DNA from: Histomonas meleagridis 2922-C6/04-290x
Taxonomy: Eukaryota; Protista; Parabasalia
NCBI GenBank assembly: GCA_020184695.1
Contig: JAANOX010000146.1
Span: forward strand, 216,548 to 280,547
Length of the DNA: 64,000 nucleotides
Reading direction: 5' to 3'
Shown one piece after another: positions 1 to 11,053 of the stretch. How positions within the stretch are numbered: position 1 is the stretch's first letter; the number at the start of each line of letters is the position of its first letter. Below the pieces are notes generated by a model. The model saw only the letters and a list, made by a program, of their open reading frames with translations. It did not search any database and was not told where the DNA came from. Position numbers and translations under genes: made by a program.

Positions 1-59
1 TCCGAGACCGAACAGGTTCGAGCCTTCAGCAAGACAAGAGCCGAACGGTACAATAATAT

Positions 60-760
60 TATGTTTAATGGTGTCTTCTATTTGGGAAATTTCTCCTGCG
101 TGATGTTTTGCGGTACAGATTCCAATAAATTATCTATAAAAACCATTGCAATTGCATTGCTTTTTACTAACGATTAGTAGGATCAGTAACTGTAGTATAA
201 TTATAAATTTAATTTTTAAGTCTCGATTTATAAACATTACCTGTTATAAATACTGGAGAACCAATTTCAAAATCATTTAATGTTGATGTAGCGTCTATAG
301 GTGAATTATGAGTTATTGTTATATTAATCAGATTAAGGTCACCTGACCTCCACTGCTTGATATTATTGCTACTTTATACTGACCTTGTGTATGATGCCAA
401 AATCATAATTTATTTTGATAAAAAGCTATTCTCCAAGTATACGTTCCAGGCGCTTCTGTTTATTGGTCGTGGTATACGAAATCTACAAACCGACCTGTTT
501 TTAATACTGCATTTTGATATGGAACGATAAATTAGGTTAATGCGTGTGACTACTCGATGAAAACGTCGACGGCTTATCAGTAATATTATTATAACTATGT
601 GAATGACCATTTAGTGAAAAAGTATTAACATTAATATAATTGATAGAATTACAATATATGTTATTATCATTTCCATCGTAATTAATAACATCATCATTAT
701 TATCAAGTTAACCGAAATACATAACATTGCCAGTAAATCTCCTTTCCTCATAACAAAGTA
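60..760 (-). pseudogene. Decayed fibre-like gene relic related to the Maverick/PLV fibre gene at 55.5-58.3 kb
   Basis: Manual minus-strand translation across stops and frameshifts gives NSINYINVNTFSLNGHSHSYNNITDKPSTFSSSSHTH, VLKTGRFVDFVYH...TYTWRI and FEIGSPVFITGNVYK...FIGICTAK. The second block parallels VMEVGEYIDFHY...NTWRI at ~56170. Confidence 0.6.
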
Positions 761-784
761 GCTAACCAGATAAACAGAATAGCC

Positions 785-1720
785 AAAAAGTTACGTTTGC
801 AAAAGTAAATATCCAAAAAAATGACGCGTGCATAACAAAGTCGCTTGCAAAAAAATAAATATTCAATGTTTGTGAATAAATATTAATGTATTTTTATTTA
901 ATCTCAAATTTTTATGTCACAAATGAATTCGTCTGCACAATCAACTTTAACAGATGATAAATACTGATGGGAGATAAATTTTATAAATGAAAAAATTGAA
1001 TAAACAAACGCTAAGGTGAAAAATTCTTTTTGAAGTTTTATCATCATTTTTCCTTATTTTTATTACTGAATGTCAAATTACTCTCAAAATATTCAATCGA
1101 ATATACATGTATAATGAAAAAATTTCTCTGCATATAAAATCAAAATCAGAATACTTCACACCCTTAAATAATACTTTGTATGCAACTGTGTAATATGTTA
1201 TGATATATCATTTGATTTACAACAGAGTTGCAATGAATTTTTGAGTGGTTAAAAAAGTGACGTAAAATTTTTAAACCATTCAAATCCCGTCACAACGTGA
1301 TTCTGGTTATACAGTATGTAATAAAGCATAAAGAAGTGGAAATATTTCATTTGATAACTGCTTCACGAGACTTAATCTGAACTGAGTCCTATTCCTACGA
1401 ACTTTTAGACAAAAGAGTAAAAAACAATTTATTTATTCATCAAAATGTACCTGTCCTTATTTTGTGTTGTAAACTTTTCAAATTTGGATATTTAGTTTTG
1501 CTAGCGGTATACCCTGTTTTTCTGCCTGTTTGTAAACCTTTCAATTTTGGGTATTTACTTTTGTCTTAGGTATATTTTGTTTTGCACGCGTCACTTTTTC
1601 GATACTTCGTTTTGAGATCAATAAATTTATATTTGCATTAGAGGTATTTGTTTTTGCAGACGGTTTGTAAACTTCTCAATTTCGGATATTTCGTTTTGCT
1701 GACCTTATAAAAGCAATTGC
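785..1720. repeat. Degenerate inverted and tandem repeats (MITE-like or terminal-repeat remnant)
   Basis: caaaagtaaatatccaaaa and atgacgcgtgca at ~800-835 are inverted relative to ttttgggtatttacttttg and tgcacgcgtca at ~1545-1595. Three ~33-nt tgtaaac...ttttg units lie at ~1465-1700. Confidence 0.45.
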
Positions 1721-1860
1721 AACGAGCTGTAATTCTCTATTAAATATAGCTTTTTAACGGATTATCTTATAATGATAACATCAAGGGGCCCTGAGGCGAA
1801 ACCGTAAGGGGGCCTGTAGATGTTCTGTGTGTGTGTGTACAGCAGATTCCTCTTGTACTA

Positions 1861-2286
1861 TCATCTCTCAATGATATAACCAATTCGACTTGTTGTTGAT
1901 ATGTATTTTTTTTTTTTTTTGTCAGAAATTTCTTCTTCATGTTGTATTAAAATCTCTCTTTTTTCATCAGGTAACGGTTGTAATGTTCCCTCAACAAAAC
2001 TCTCCAAAGGGGCTTCAAAACGTAAATATGTATTTCGCGAATTTTTGACTGATATCTTCTCATCCACTTCTTCATTATCAGAAGATGAACTTTCTACAAG
2101 AATTTCGTCGAAATTGGTGCAATTACTATAGGGTATTAGCAATGGCCGATTTTCCTGAGCATTTAATTGCTCATATTTACTAAGCATCTCTCTTAATCTT
2201 TCCACAAAGTGATCTCCGTCTTCTATATCATCACAAGGAACCGTGGATTTTACTTCGTTGTGGTCTGATAGAATTCTTCTTCCCAT
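1861..2286 (-). CDS. Hypothetical protein, probably a gene fragment
   Basis: 141-aa ORF with no recognisable domain. An AT-hook-like KRGRGRP peptide lies just upstream but is separated by a stop. Confidence 0.3.
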   Translation of the reverse strand: MGRRILSDHNEVKSTVPCDDIEDGDHFVERLREMLSKYEQLNAQENRPLLIPYSNCTNFDEILVESSSSDNEEVDEKISVKNSRNTYLRFEAPLESFVEGTLQPLPDEKREILIQHEEEISDKKKKKYISTTSRIGYIIER

Positions 2287-2889
2287 GCATGATCGATCAA
2301 GTTATTTATTGACTTTTTAATCAATTCAATCTCTACTGGGATACTCGAGGATGCTTTTCTTGGTCTACCTCTTCCTCTCTTTAAACCATTCATAGTTTAG
2401 TCTTCTAATATTGAAATAGTAAACGGAAAACAATCAATAAACGTTCAATCTGAGTGCACATTATAGATCACTTCACATTATCATTAAATCTCTTTATATA
2501 TATTAGCTAGCTTAAATTAAAAATATGAAATAAAAGTAACTATAATTTTAAGAGATAAGAAATATAACTATAAGTATAAAATTTAAAAAAATGAAAATAA
2601 AATTTTTAATGCTTAATAATTTTATCAAAATTAGGAATTAAATGAAATTAACAGCTGTATGCATACTTATGCATTCTCTTACATAACTTAATACTGTTTA
2701 ATAAATAAAAATTATAAAATTTTAACTTATATTTTTATCATATTCATAGTTTACATCAAACTGAATATTCAGCGCTGAATATGTCATTTTTAACTTATAT
2801 CATTTGGGGAGGGCAAAAATGGTAATAAAAACATTGATTGGTGTAAACATGGTATTTTTTCTAAAAATAATAATTAATTTTGGTTTTTA

Positions 2890-4756
2890 TTAATTCTTGA
2901 TATTAATTCCTTTTTGAAGTAGTAAATTAATGATTTCATCATTTTCCACACCTTCTGGTATAAATTTATTTATTTCTTCAAGGGTCACTTTAATATTTTC
3001 TTGTTCAAGAAGTAATTTAACTATTTCTATATTCTCATTGGCTATTGCAAATATAAGCGCTGATCTATCAATATCATCTACTGCATTAATATTAATATTT
3101 TCTTGTTCAAGAAGTAATTTAACTATTTCAGTATAACCTTTTTCACATGCAATTATAAGTGGTGTCCTATTAAAAAAATCTTTATCATTAATATTAATAT
3201 CTTCTTGTTCAAGAAATAATTTTACCATTTTAATATTACCATTTTTAGATGCGTAAATAAGTGGCGTTTCACATAATTCAAACATTTCTTGATCATGATC
3301 ATTGATATTAAATTTAATTAAATTATTTTTTCTTATTTGAAGAATTAATTGAACAATTTTAATATAATCATTTTTAGCAGCATATAAAAGTATATTTTTA
3401 ATTAATTAAATCAAGTTTAATATTTTCTTGTTCAAGAAGTAATTTAACTATTTCAAAATAATTATTATATAATGCAATTTCAAGTGCTGATCTATCAATA
3501 TCATCTACTGCATTAATATTAATATTTTCTTGTTCAAGAAGTAATTTAACTATTTCAGTATAACCTTTTTCACATGCAATTATAAGTGGTGTTTTATTTG
3601 TTTTATTTTTAATATTAATATTAAATCCTTTTTGTAAAATTAATAATTTAATAAGTTCAATGTTTCTTGATTTTATTGAAAAAATAAAATCAATCGGTTG
3701 AAACTCATACTTATTCATAATATCATCTAAAATGAATAAATTACCATTTTTTAAAACTTCTTTAATAATATATTTTTTTGTATTTAAATATAATAAAATT
3801 TCATAATTATGATATTTAATACAAAAATTTGTAAGTTTATTTATTTCATAATTTTTTTTAAATTGTTCATAAATATATTTAAAAATATCATTTTGATGAT
3901 ATTTAATTGCTATTTTACATTCGTTTTTAAAAGATAAATGATTTTGTTCACATAAATGAATAATTTCTTTGTTTCCACCTACAACTGAATATTTACTTGT
4001 TTTTTCTACATTTGCTCCATTAATAAGTAAATATTTAAAACATTTTATTGATCCAAAAAATGCTGCATAATCAATTAATGTAACTTTTTCCTGATTAATA
4101 AATGAATATCTTTCATAAAGTGATGGTTCAATTGTTTGATTAAAATCAAAATTTATTTGTGATGATATTTCTTGAAGTTTTTCGATTTCATCATTTCGAA
4201 TTATTTTCGCAATTTCATTCGGATTAACCCCATCTTCAATTAATTTTTTATGAAATTCCCAATCATTATTTGAAAGTTCTTTATAATTTTCTATGATTTC
4301 ATACCTAAAATTAGAATTTTCTAATAATTTATTTATTTTATGGTTAGACATGTGATGTAAAAAGTATAATGAATTAGTGGATATTAATATTTTTTTTGAA
4401 ATAAGATTTTTTTGAAACATTTTTTCAAGAATATAAATCGATTCTTGTGTAAATTTAGACATTAAAATTTTAATAAATGAATCAAAAATATTATTTTTTA
4501 ATTGATCATCTAAATCATTTATAAAATTAAGATATATATTAATATCTCTTTTTTGTGTTATAAATGCTAAGTAAATCATTTGTGATATAAATATATTGAA
4601 TGAAATAGGATAATTTGATATTAATAATGAATTTAAATTTTTAAATTTTTCAATTGAATCTATAATATTATGTTGATTTAAATTAAAAATGATTTTTTCT
4701 AATGAATTCAATAAAGTAATTCCTTTACCTTCGTCTACTTTGGACATCATAATCAA
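2890..4756 (-). CDS. DUF3447/ankyrin-repeat protein with uninterrupted ankyrin repeats, split by one apparent 1-nt frameshift at ~3400
   Basis: IDYAAFFGSIKCFKYLLING DUF3447-type motif and TPLIIACEKGYTEIVKLLLEQENININ repeats. ORFs 3398-4756 and 2890-3285 join through LINKNILLYAAKN if one T is removed. Confidence 0.85.
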
Positions 4757-5211
4757 AATTAATTTCTACATCAAAAATCACATCAAAAAAAAATTGAAAT
4801 AAAATAAAAATTTTGGCTAATCGTTTTCGCCATGATCGGCACATTCAAAAAGTGAAAATTGAGATAAAAAATTTTTTGCTGAAAAAGTTATATTTTAAAG
4901 GTTATAAAAAAAGTTTTTAATTTCGATGGGAAGTAAGAGAAAGTAAAGTTGAATCTATTATTAATGAATGCAAAAAAATTAAATAATTGGCTCATTCAAT
5001 AATAATTAATAATTCATTAAGTGGAATGTGTGGATGGGTTGTTCCAAATAAAAAAAAAATGCACTTTCGATACTTTTCTTTTGTTGTTCTTTTTATTTCA
5101 ATTTTCTCTTCTTAATATGTTCTGCTATTTCATTCACTCCGTCTGATTTATCACTTTCGTCGTTATCATTTTTCATTTTTTGATTTTTCTTCGCACTTCT
5201 TTCAATACAAG

Positions 5212-5960
5212 TCAACCTCTTTTATCGAATTTGTGTCCTTCGTCCTCTAAATTCTGTGATTTTTTCATTATTCGTTGTACTGTTTCACATGGATCATTTA
5301 AATCATGTATATTTTCATCATATCTACTATTTAATCCGATTTCATTGAAACTTTGCGTTTTATCTGTTTTATTGTTTAGACGTCTTAAATTCCTATTAAC
5401 TTCTTTACGTGCATTACATAAAAGTTTATCTTCGTTTGGTGGAAAGCATTCAGTAATCTTTGTTATGCCAAACATTAATATACATTTTTCTATTAATTTA
5501 TGTCATTTGCTTTTAATTTCCCAATTTGTCTTTTTATTAGAGTTAATTCCAAGTATTATAATATTACCAAGTTGTGAAGATTCAACAAATTTTGGTAATC
5601 GAGAAATCAATTTTGAAAATTGTAATGCACTACGAAATACTTATGATGTCGGATTAGAATCAGTAGCCTTGAAACATATCAAACAAAATTTTTTGAGGTC
5701 TTTAAGGTTAATATTTTCTGGAAATTTGTTAATTTAAACATTCAATAACATCAATTGTATTACTTAAAAAATTACTTGAATTTGATGCTGTACAAACTGA
5801 TGTAATAACAATGGTGTTAATGATTGTCCGCGTTTTATGAAATCACTTGCAATAGTATTAATAAATTCATTAGCTGCTTCAAGTATTTTTAATCTATGCT
5901 CTTTGAATGCTCCAACAATTTCTGGTAAAAAACCATTAACATTTCACCATAATTTTATGT
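5212..5960 (-). pseudogene. Decayed helical-repeat (HEAT/CLASP-like) gene fragment
   Basis: One minus-strand frame reads LPEIVGAFKEHRLKILEAANEFINTIASDF...LKKFCLICFKATDSNPTS with several in-frame stops and continues into ORF 5212-5475. The family assignment is tentative. Confidence 0.3.
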
Positions 5961-6242
5961 ATTTGGTATTTGTAATAATGTTAACATTAATAATAATTGA
6001 TAACCTAGTGTTTTCGATGATTTAACTTTTGTTGTAGTGTTTAACGCGTTAAGTAAATCAGATGTAACTGAAGGATTTGGAAACTTCTGGAAACGTTTGA
6101 TAAGTACTTATCAATGCAAAAGGGCGCCAAATTAACTTTTTGTGAGAAAAATTTGTTTTTGGTGGGGTTTGAAATAAAAAACGGTTTCCTCCTGGCCAGG
6201 GGTACCCCCTATTTCTTAAGCTTGAGCAGGATTACTCCATAT

Positions 6243-8595
6243 ATGAGCCCTCAATCCTTCTATAGTTTAAATAAATTGGTCAATAACCTTCATAATGAAT
6301 GTGAAAAATCAACACCAAACTATCAAGAATGTCTTCGTTTAATGAAAAATTTTGGAAGTATTCTTAATGCAATTGAAGATATCAATGAATTACAATATCA
6401 GCAACTTTGGTCGATTGCGAGATCAATCCTTACACGTAGGAAAGAAGTTCCACTTATTTTACGAATTATTACTATTCATGTTTATACGACATTAACTATA
6501 AAATTATATTCTAATCATCACAATACAGCGGGGGCAATCTCTTATACATTAATTATTAATGAATTTAAGGATGAAGTATCTTCAGATTCACCTTCAATTT
6601 CATTTTTAATTTCAATTTTTGATGCAATCTACGCATGTTCTAAAGCAGGATGTTGTAACGACAAAGAAACAATTATTGGGCTTCTATCATTACAAGAAAT
6701 ATTTAGTTCATTAACAGAATGTTCCAAGCAATCAATTGCTTTAGCACTTGATATTGATTTAGGACCATTTGTAAAACTATATAAATATGGACAATATTCC
6801 GTAAAGATGAATAATCTTCTTCAATCACTTGGCTGTTCGAAAAACATAGTCGATACACAGTATATTTTTCCAATACCACCACGTAAAATAAGTTCATTAG
6901 AAAAACGTATTGCACTACAAAACGTTCTTAAAGGAATAGAATCATATCAACTCGCTCAACTTATAATTAAAGGATTTCAAAAATTTGAAATTATTAAAAA
7001 TTACAAACCACCACAAACCACAACGGCACTTATTCAACAATTAATTGAAGAAAAAAACCAATAGAAGATATTAAATCATCAGAATCAGGTATTTTTTTAT
7101 TATTGAACAAGCATTAACAAATCTTCAAAATAATTCACAATATATACCAATAACAATGCAATCACAATTTATATCAATATTAATTACTACTATTGATTTT
7201 AATGAACCTAATTTTGAAGAATGTAAAGGTCCAATAACAACATATATTATCAATAATGTTATTTCATCATTAAAATATGTTGATACATTTTTAACATCAT
7301 GGACGAATTATGAGTTTATACATAACTCAGAAACGCGTTATAATACACTTGTTAATATAATACTTAAAAAGATAAGTAATAATTTAAATAATGAAGGATT
7401 AATTACAAATTATATATTAAATTTACCTAAACTTCCAGAAGAAATATTTCAAAATCTTCAAACAAAAGAATTTCAACAAATTAATCAAATATTATTAACA
7501 ATAAATGAATATATAAAAGATTCAATAAATTTACAAAAGAAATTTTTAAAATGTTTATTTCAATTAACAATTCAAGAAGATGAAATAATATCAAATTCAT
7601 CATTAAATATTATCCAAAATTATTATCAAAAGAAAGAATTTATAATGAAAATTAATAAGAAGGCAATAAAATATTTAAATTATTCTATAGAAATCAAAGA
7701 TAATATACAATTATCAAATATTTATATGGAATTATTTTTTATGGTGCTTGAATATAATTATGAAATTTTTAGGGAATTAATTGATATATATAATAAAATT
7801 ACGAATAAATTAATCAAAAATTTAATTTGTAAAAAACTTAAAAACAAAATACCAAAAATGCATTTATTTGATAATGACTTTATTAAAGAAATTATTAAAT
7901 ATTCACGACAAAATAATTATAAAATGGATTTAATTCATATTTATCTTGATTATGTTTCAAAACAATTGATATATATATCGAAAGATTTATTTAATATCCT
8001 TAAAAAAGAACTTATTAAATATAATGATCCAAGATTTCTAATACCAATAATTCCTACATTATTAAAGAATACGCCAAATGATTTTGAACAATATTTACAT
8101 TATATGTTAAATTTATCGATCGTTGGATTAAGGCGTGCATTATCTTCATTAATTTATAATGATTATGGTATAACATTTATAATTTTATTAAATAATATAA
8201 CAAAAACATCAAATTTATATAATAAAGCAATTGAAGCATTAAAAATTAGTTTTGAAACTAATGGTTTATTAACTTATGAAAAATGTACAATAGCTATAAA
8301 TTATATTATACAAAACCACAAGTCTTTGGATTTATTAATGAATACTTTATATGAAATAATTTGTAAATTTACGAATGAAAAATGTTTTAAATATCTTTTT
8401 AGACATATATTACCAATAGTTAATCATTTTGATATATTTAATGACAAAAATAATTGGAATATATTAAAGAAAATGATTTATATTGCAAAACCAATATCAT
8501 TTCAATTTGTAAAAACTTTAAGTTATGATAAAATTAATGATTTGATCAAAGAATATCCAGAAATAAGTAATATTTTAAAAAATATCAATAAATGA
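6243..8595 (+). CDS. Symplekin-like protein, split into two ORFs at homopolymer runs near 7050-7100
   Basis: The C-terminal DPRFLIPIIP...LLMNTL...FQFVKTLSYDKINDLIKEYPEI resembles Symplekin_C. ORFs 6114-7064 and 7156-8595 join (EEKKPIEDIKSS...IEQALTNLQNN) with indels in an A-run and a T-run. First plausible ATG is at 6243. Confidence 0.55.
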
Positions 8596-9531
8596 AAAGA
8601 ATAATTATTTCATCATCAAATATTTTAATATTTCTTAATATTTATAACTATAGCTTTCTTTAATACTGATGAAAAATGCATTTTTCGATGTATTTTTGCA
8701 GAACGTACAACGAGATTATAAATCACATGGAATTCTACTGTCACTTTTTCAAAACCGAAAAATCCACATAAAAAGTGATATCACAAATAGAAATGTTATT
8801 TTTTAAAAATTAACTACACTTTGTGAGAAATTAAATGCATTTAATAAATTTCTAATATCTTGACTATTCTTCAGAAATTTAATATCTTGATTATTCTGAT
8901 TTTAAAATGTGCTGGGAAAAAAATTGTGTTTTATAAGAATTGAATGAGTTTCAGAGGTTGTGGTTCGTATTTATTTGATTATATTAAAATTAATAAAAAA
9001 TCGTAAGCGAATTTTGCAAAAAAATGATTTTATTTTAGTATTGTAAAGTATTCAAATGAACGATTTTTACGCTCGTTTTTGATCGTGATTTTCACTTTTT
9101 GTATGATCTCCATTTTTTTCTATACTTTTTGAGTTTTTTGACATTCTATCGTGCATAAACACACAGATCTTGATCGTTTGACGTGATTGTCACCCCCTCC
9201 CATCTGGTTGAACTTTTAACTTTTAGTTAGGGGCTTTTATCATAGCCAATATCACTGTGTAATTTTGGGATTTAGTAAAAACTACCATTGGGGAATATAT
9301 ACCTATTTATTTTTATATTTATACTTTCTGCGCAGGAACTTGCAAATCAGACGATTAGCCACACCTTAGTATGGAATTTACACCACAATAGAATGGATAT
9401 ATTTTGAGTTTGAAGTAATGTTAATGTTATCTCAAAAATCTTTTGCTCCTTTCCATAGACACATGTTAACATTTCGAAAAATTTACGTTTTGATTCTATA
9501 ACAATTTCATTAATTTCTTATTTTAGTTAAG

Positions 9532-9868
9532 TTAATTACCTTCTTGACCGAATTCTTTTGTCCATTTCTCATATTGAATGAGGTCTTGTTTAGAAACTGA
9601 TGGGCGCACTTTTTGGATACTCTGGCGGAAGTCATCTATTGTTAGCGAAGGAGGCTTAAGCATCGCCAATTGCGCTGGCGACATTTCGAGGACTGTCATG
9701 TGCATTGAGCCTGGTGTGCCCGGGTTACATGGATATAATTGCCCTTGGTACTCAACGAAGTTTTCTGCTTGTTGGATACGGTTCACTGGTGCCATAGCTG
9801 CATCGCGTGCCAAAATGTTCATATCTGCACCTGAATATCCGTCTGTCAAACGCGTGGAAATTTCTTAA
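9532..9868 (-). pseudogene. VPS4: Isolated C-terminal part of Vps4 AAA-ATPase (lid, beta domain, Vps4_C helix)
   Basis: TDGYSGADMNILARDAAMAPV...PCNPGTPG...LTIDDF...VRPSVSKQDLIQYEKWTKEFGQEG. The MIT domain and AAA core are absent upstream. Confidence 0.8.
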
Positions 9869-10140
9869 TTATATATAATTTATCTAACTTCCATATATAA
9901 CTTTTGAAATAAACAATTATTTCATACCAAAATTATTTGGTGTTGATGAATCTACCATGATTAAATTCGAACAAGGCGCATGACATTTGCAAATACTTTT
10001 TTAAGTGAAGTTCATGATATTTATTAATTTTTTTTTAATAGGTTAATGACATTGATGAAGAATAGAAGAGAACCATATATCGCATATACATATAACATTA
10101 ATATCAAATTTTTCGGTGAACGAAATTCAACATTTTCTCT

Positions 10141-10992
10141 CTCGATGTTCGGAAAGCAGTCGATGAAATGTTTGCAACTGGTAATTTCTCAGGATATGGC
10201 GCTGATAATGATCTTCGCACAGATTACTAAAAATTAGTTGCTATTTGGATATGGATTAGTGACAACATCGAATATGGTGGTGTAGGCCAGAACGGAAATT
10301 CAGCATACGATGCAATTGTTGACCATAAAGTCGTTTGCCAAGGTTATTCAGCTATATCATCTCTCTTCTTTAATCGTGCAGGTATTGAAGGGATTGCTGT
10401 TATTGGAATTACAAAAGGTAGTCATGCATGGAATTGGGTTCATCTTGGCGAAGATTGGTATGCATATGATAGCACAGATTCTCGAGAAGGATTATTCTTA
10501 AAGGCACTTGATGGTTCATATCATAGGAAATATTATACTTATGTTAATGGTGAATTGGAATATGGTTTCCCGATTACTGATGTTGACTATCAATATAAAG
10601 CATATCCATGGCAAGACCCTAAAGATAAGCCACTATTCTATCAAAAAGAAGCAACAGACTCTGGTTTAATTGGGTCAAATCTTAGGTGGACATTAAAGAA
10701 AGGGCTTCTTACGATTAAAGGAAATGGACCAATGCGCGATTTTGAAAACGAAACACTTGTTCCATGGAAGAATTTCTTTAATGATATTACAGATCTTAAG
10801 ATTGAAGAATGTGTTACGACTATTGGTGATTATGCATTTTATTATGTAAAGACTCTTAAGTACGAAAATTGCCAAGATAAATTGGGATCAATTAAATCAA
10901 TTGGAAAGAATACATTTTCTGATATAGATAAATTTGTTGAAGATCTTAAAGATAAAGCAAAAAGCAAATGTTATCACATTTTCATTAAATAA
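10141..10992 (+). pseudogene. Transglutaminase-like domain fused to BspA-type LRR; in-frame TAA at 10228, 5' end decayed
   Basis: One frame gives VVCQGY...SHAWNWV...YAYDST (Cys-His-Asp triad), then SGLIGSNLRWTL..GLLTIKGNGPM..F...PW...VTTIGDYAF. Confidence 0.75.
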
Positions 10993-11053
10993 GTGTTTAT
11001 TCAAACAAAACAAATGATGAATTCTCAAATGGCATTTCCAATAAATTAGATGA

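Noticed and set aside
5180-5737. 185-aa plus-strand ORF
   Set aside because: Antisense shadow of the decayed minus-strand gene; no recognisable features.
6114-6242. 5' extension MQKGAKLTF... of the symplekin-like ORF
   Set aside because: The composition differs (ggccaggggtaccccc), and it looks like promoter or transposon-end sequence. ATG 6243 is more plausible.
8640-9520. Transposon remnant in the intergenic region (tgacgtgattgtcaccccctccc)
   Set aside because: No terminal repeat pair, target-site duplication or coding trace could be identified.
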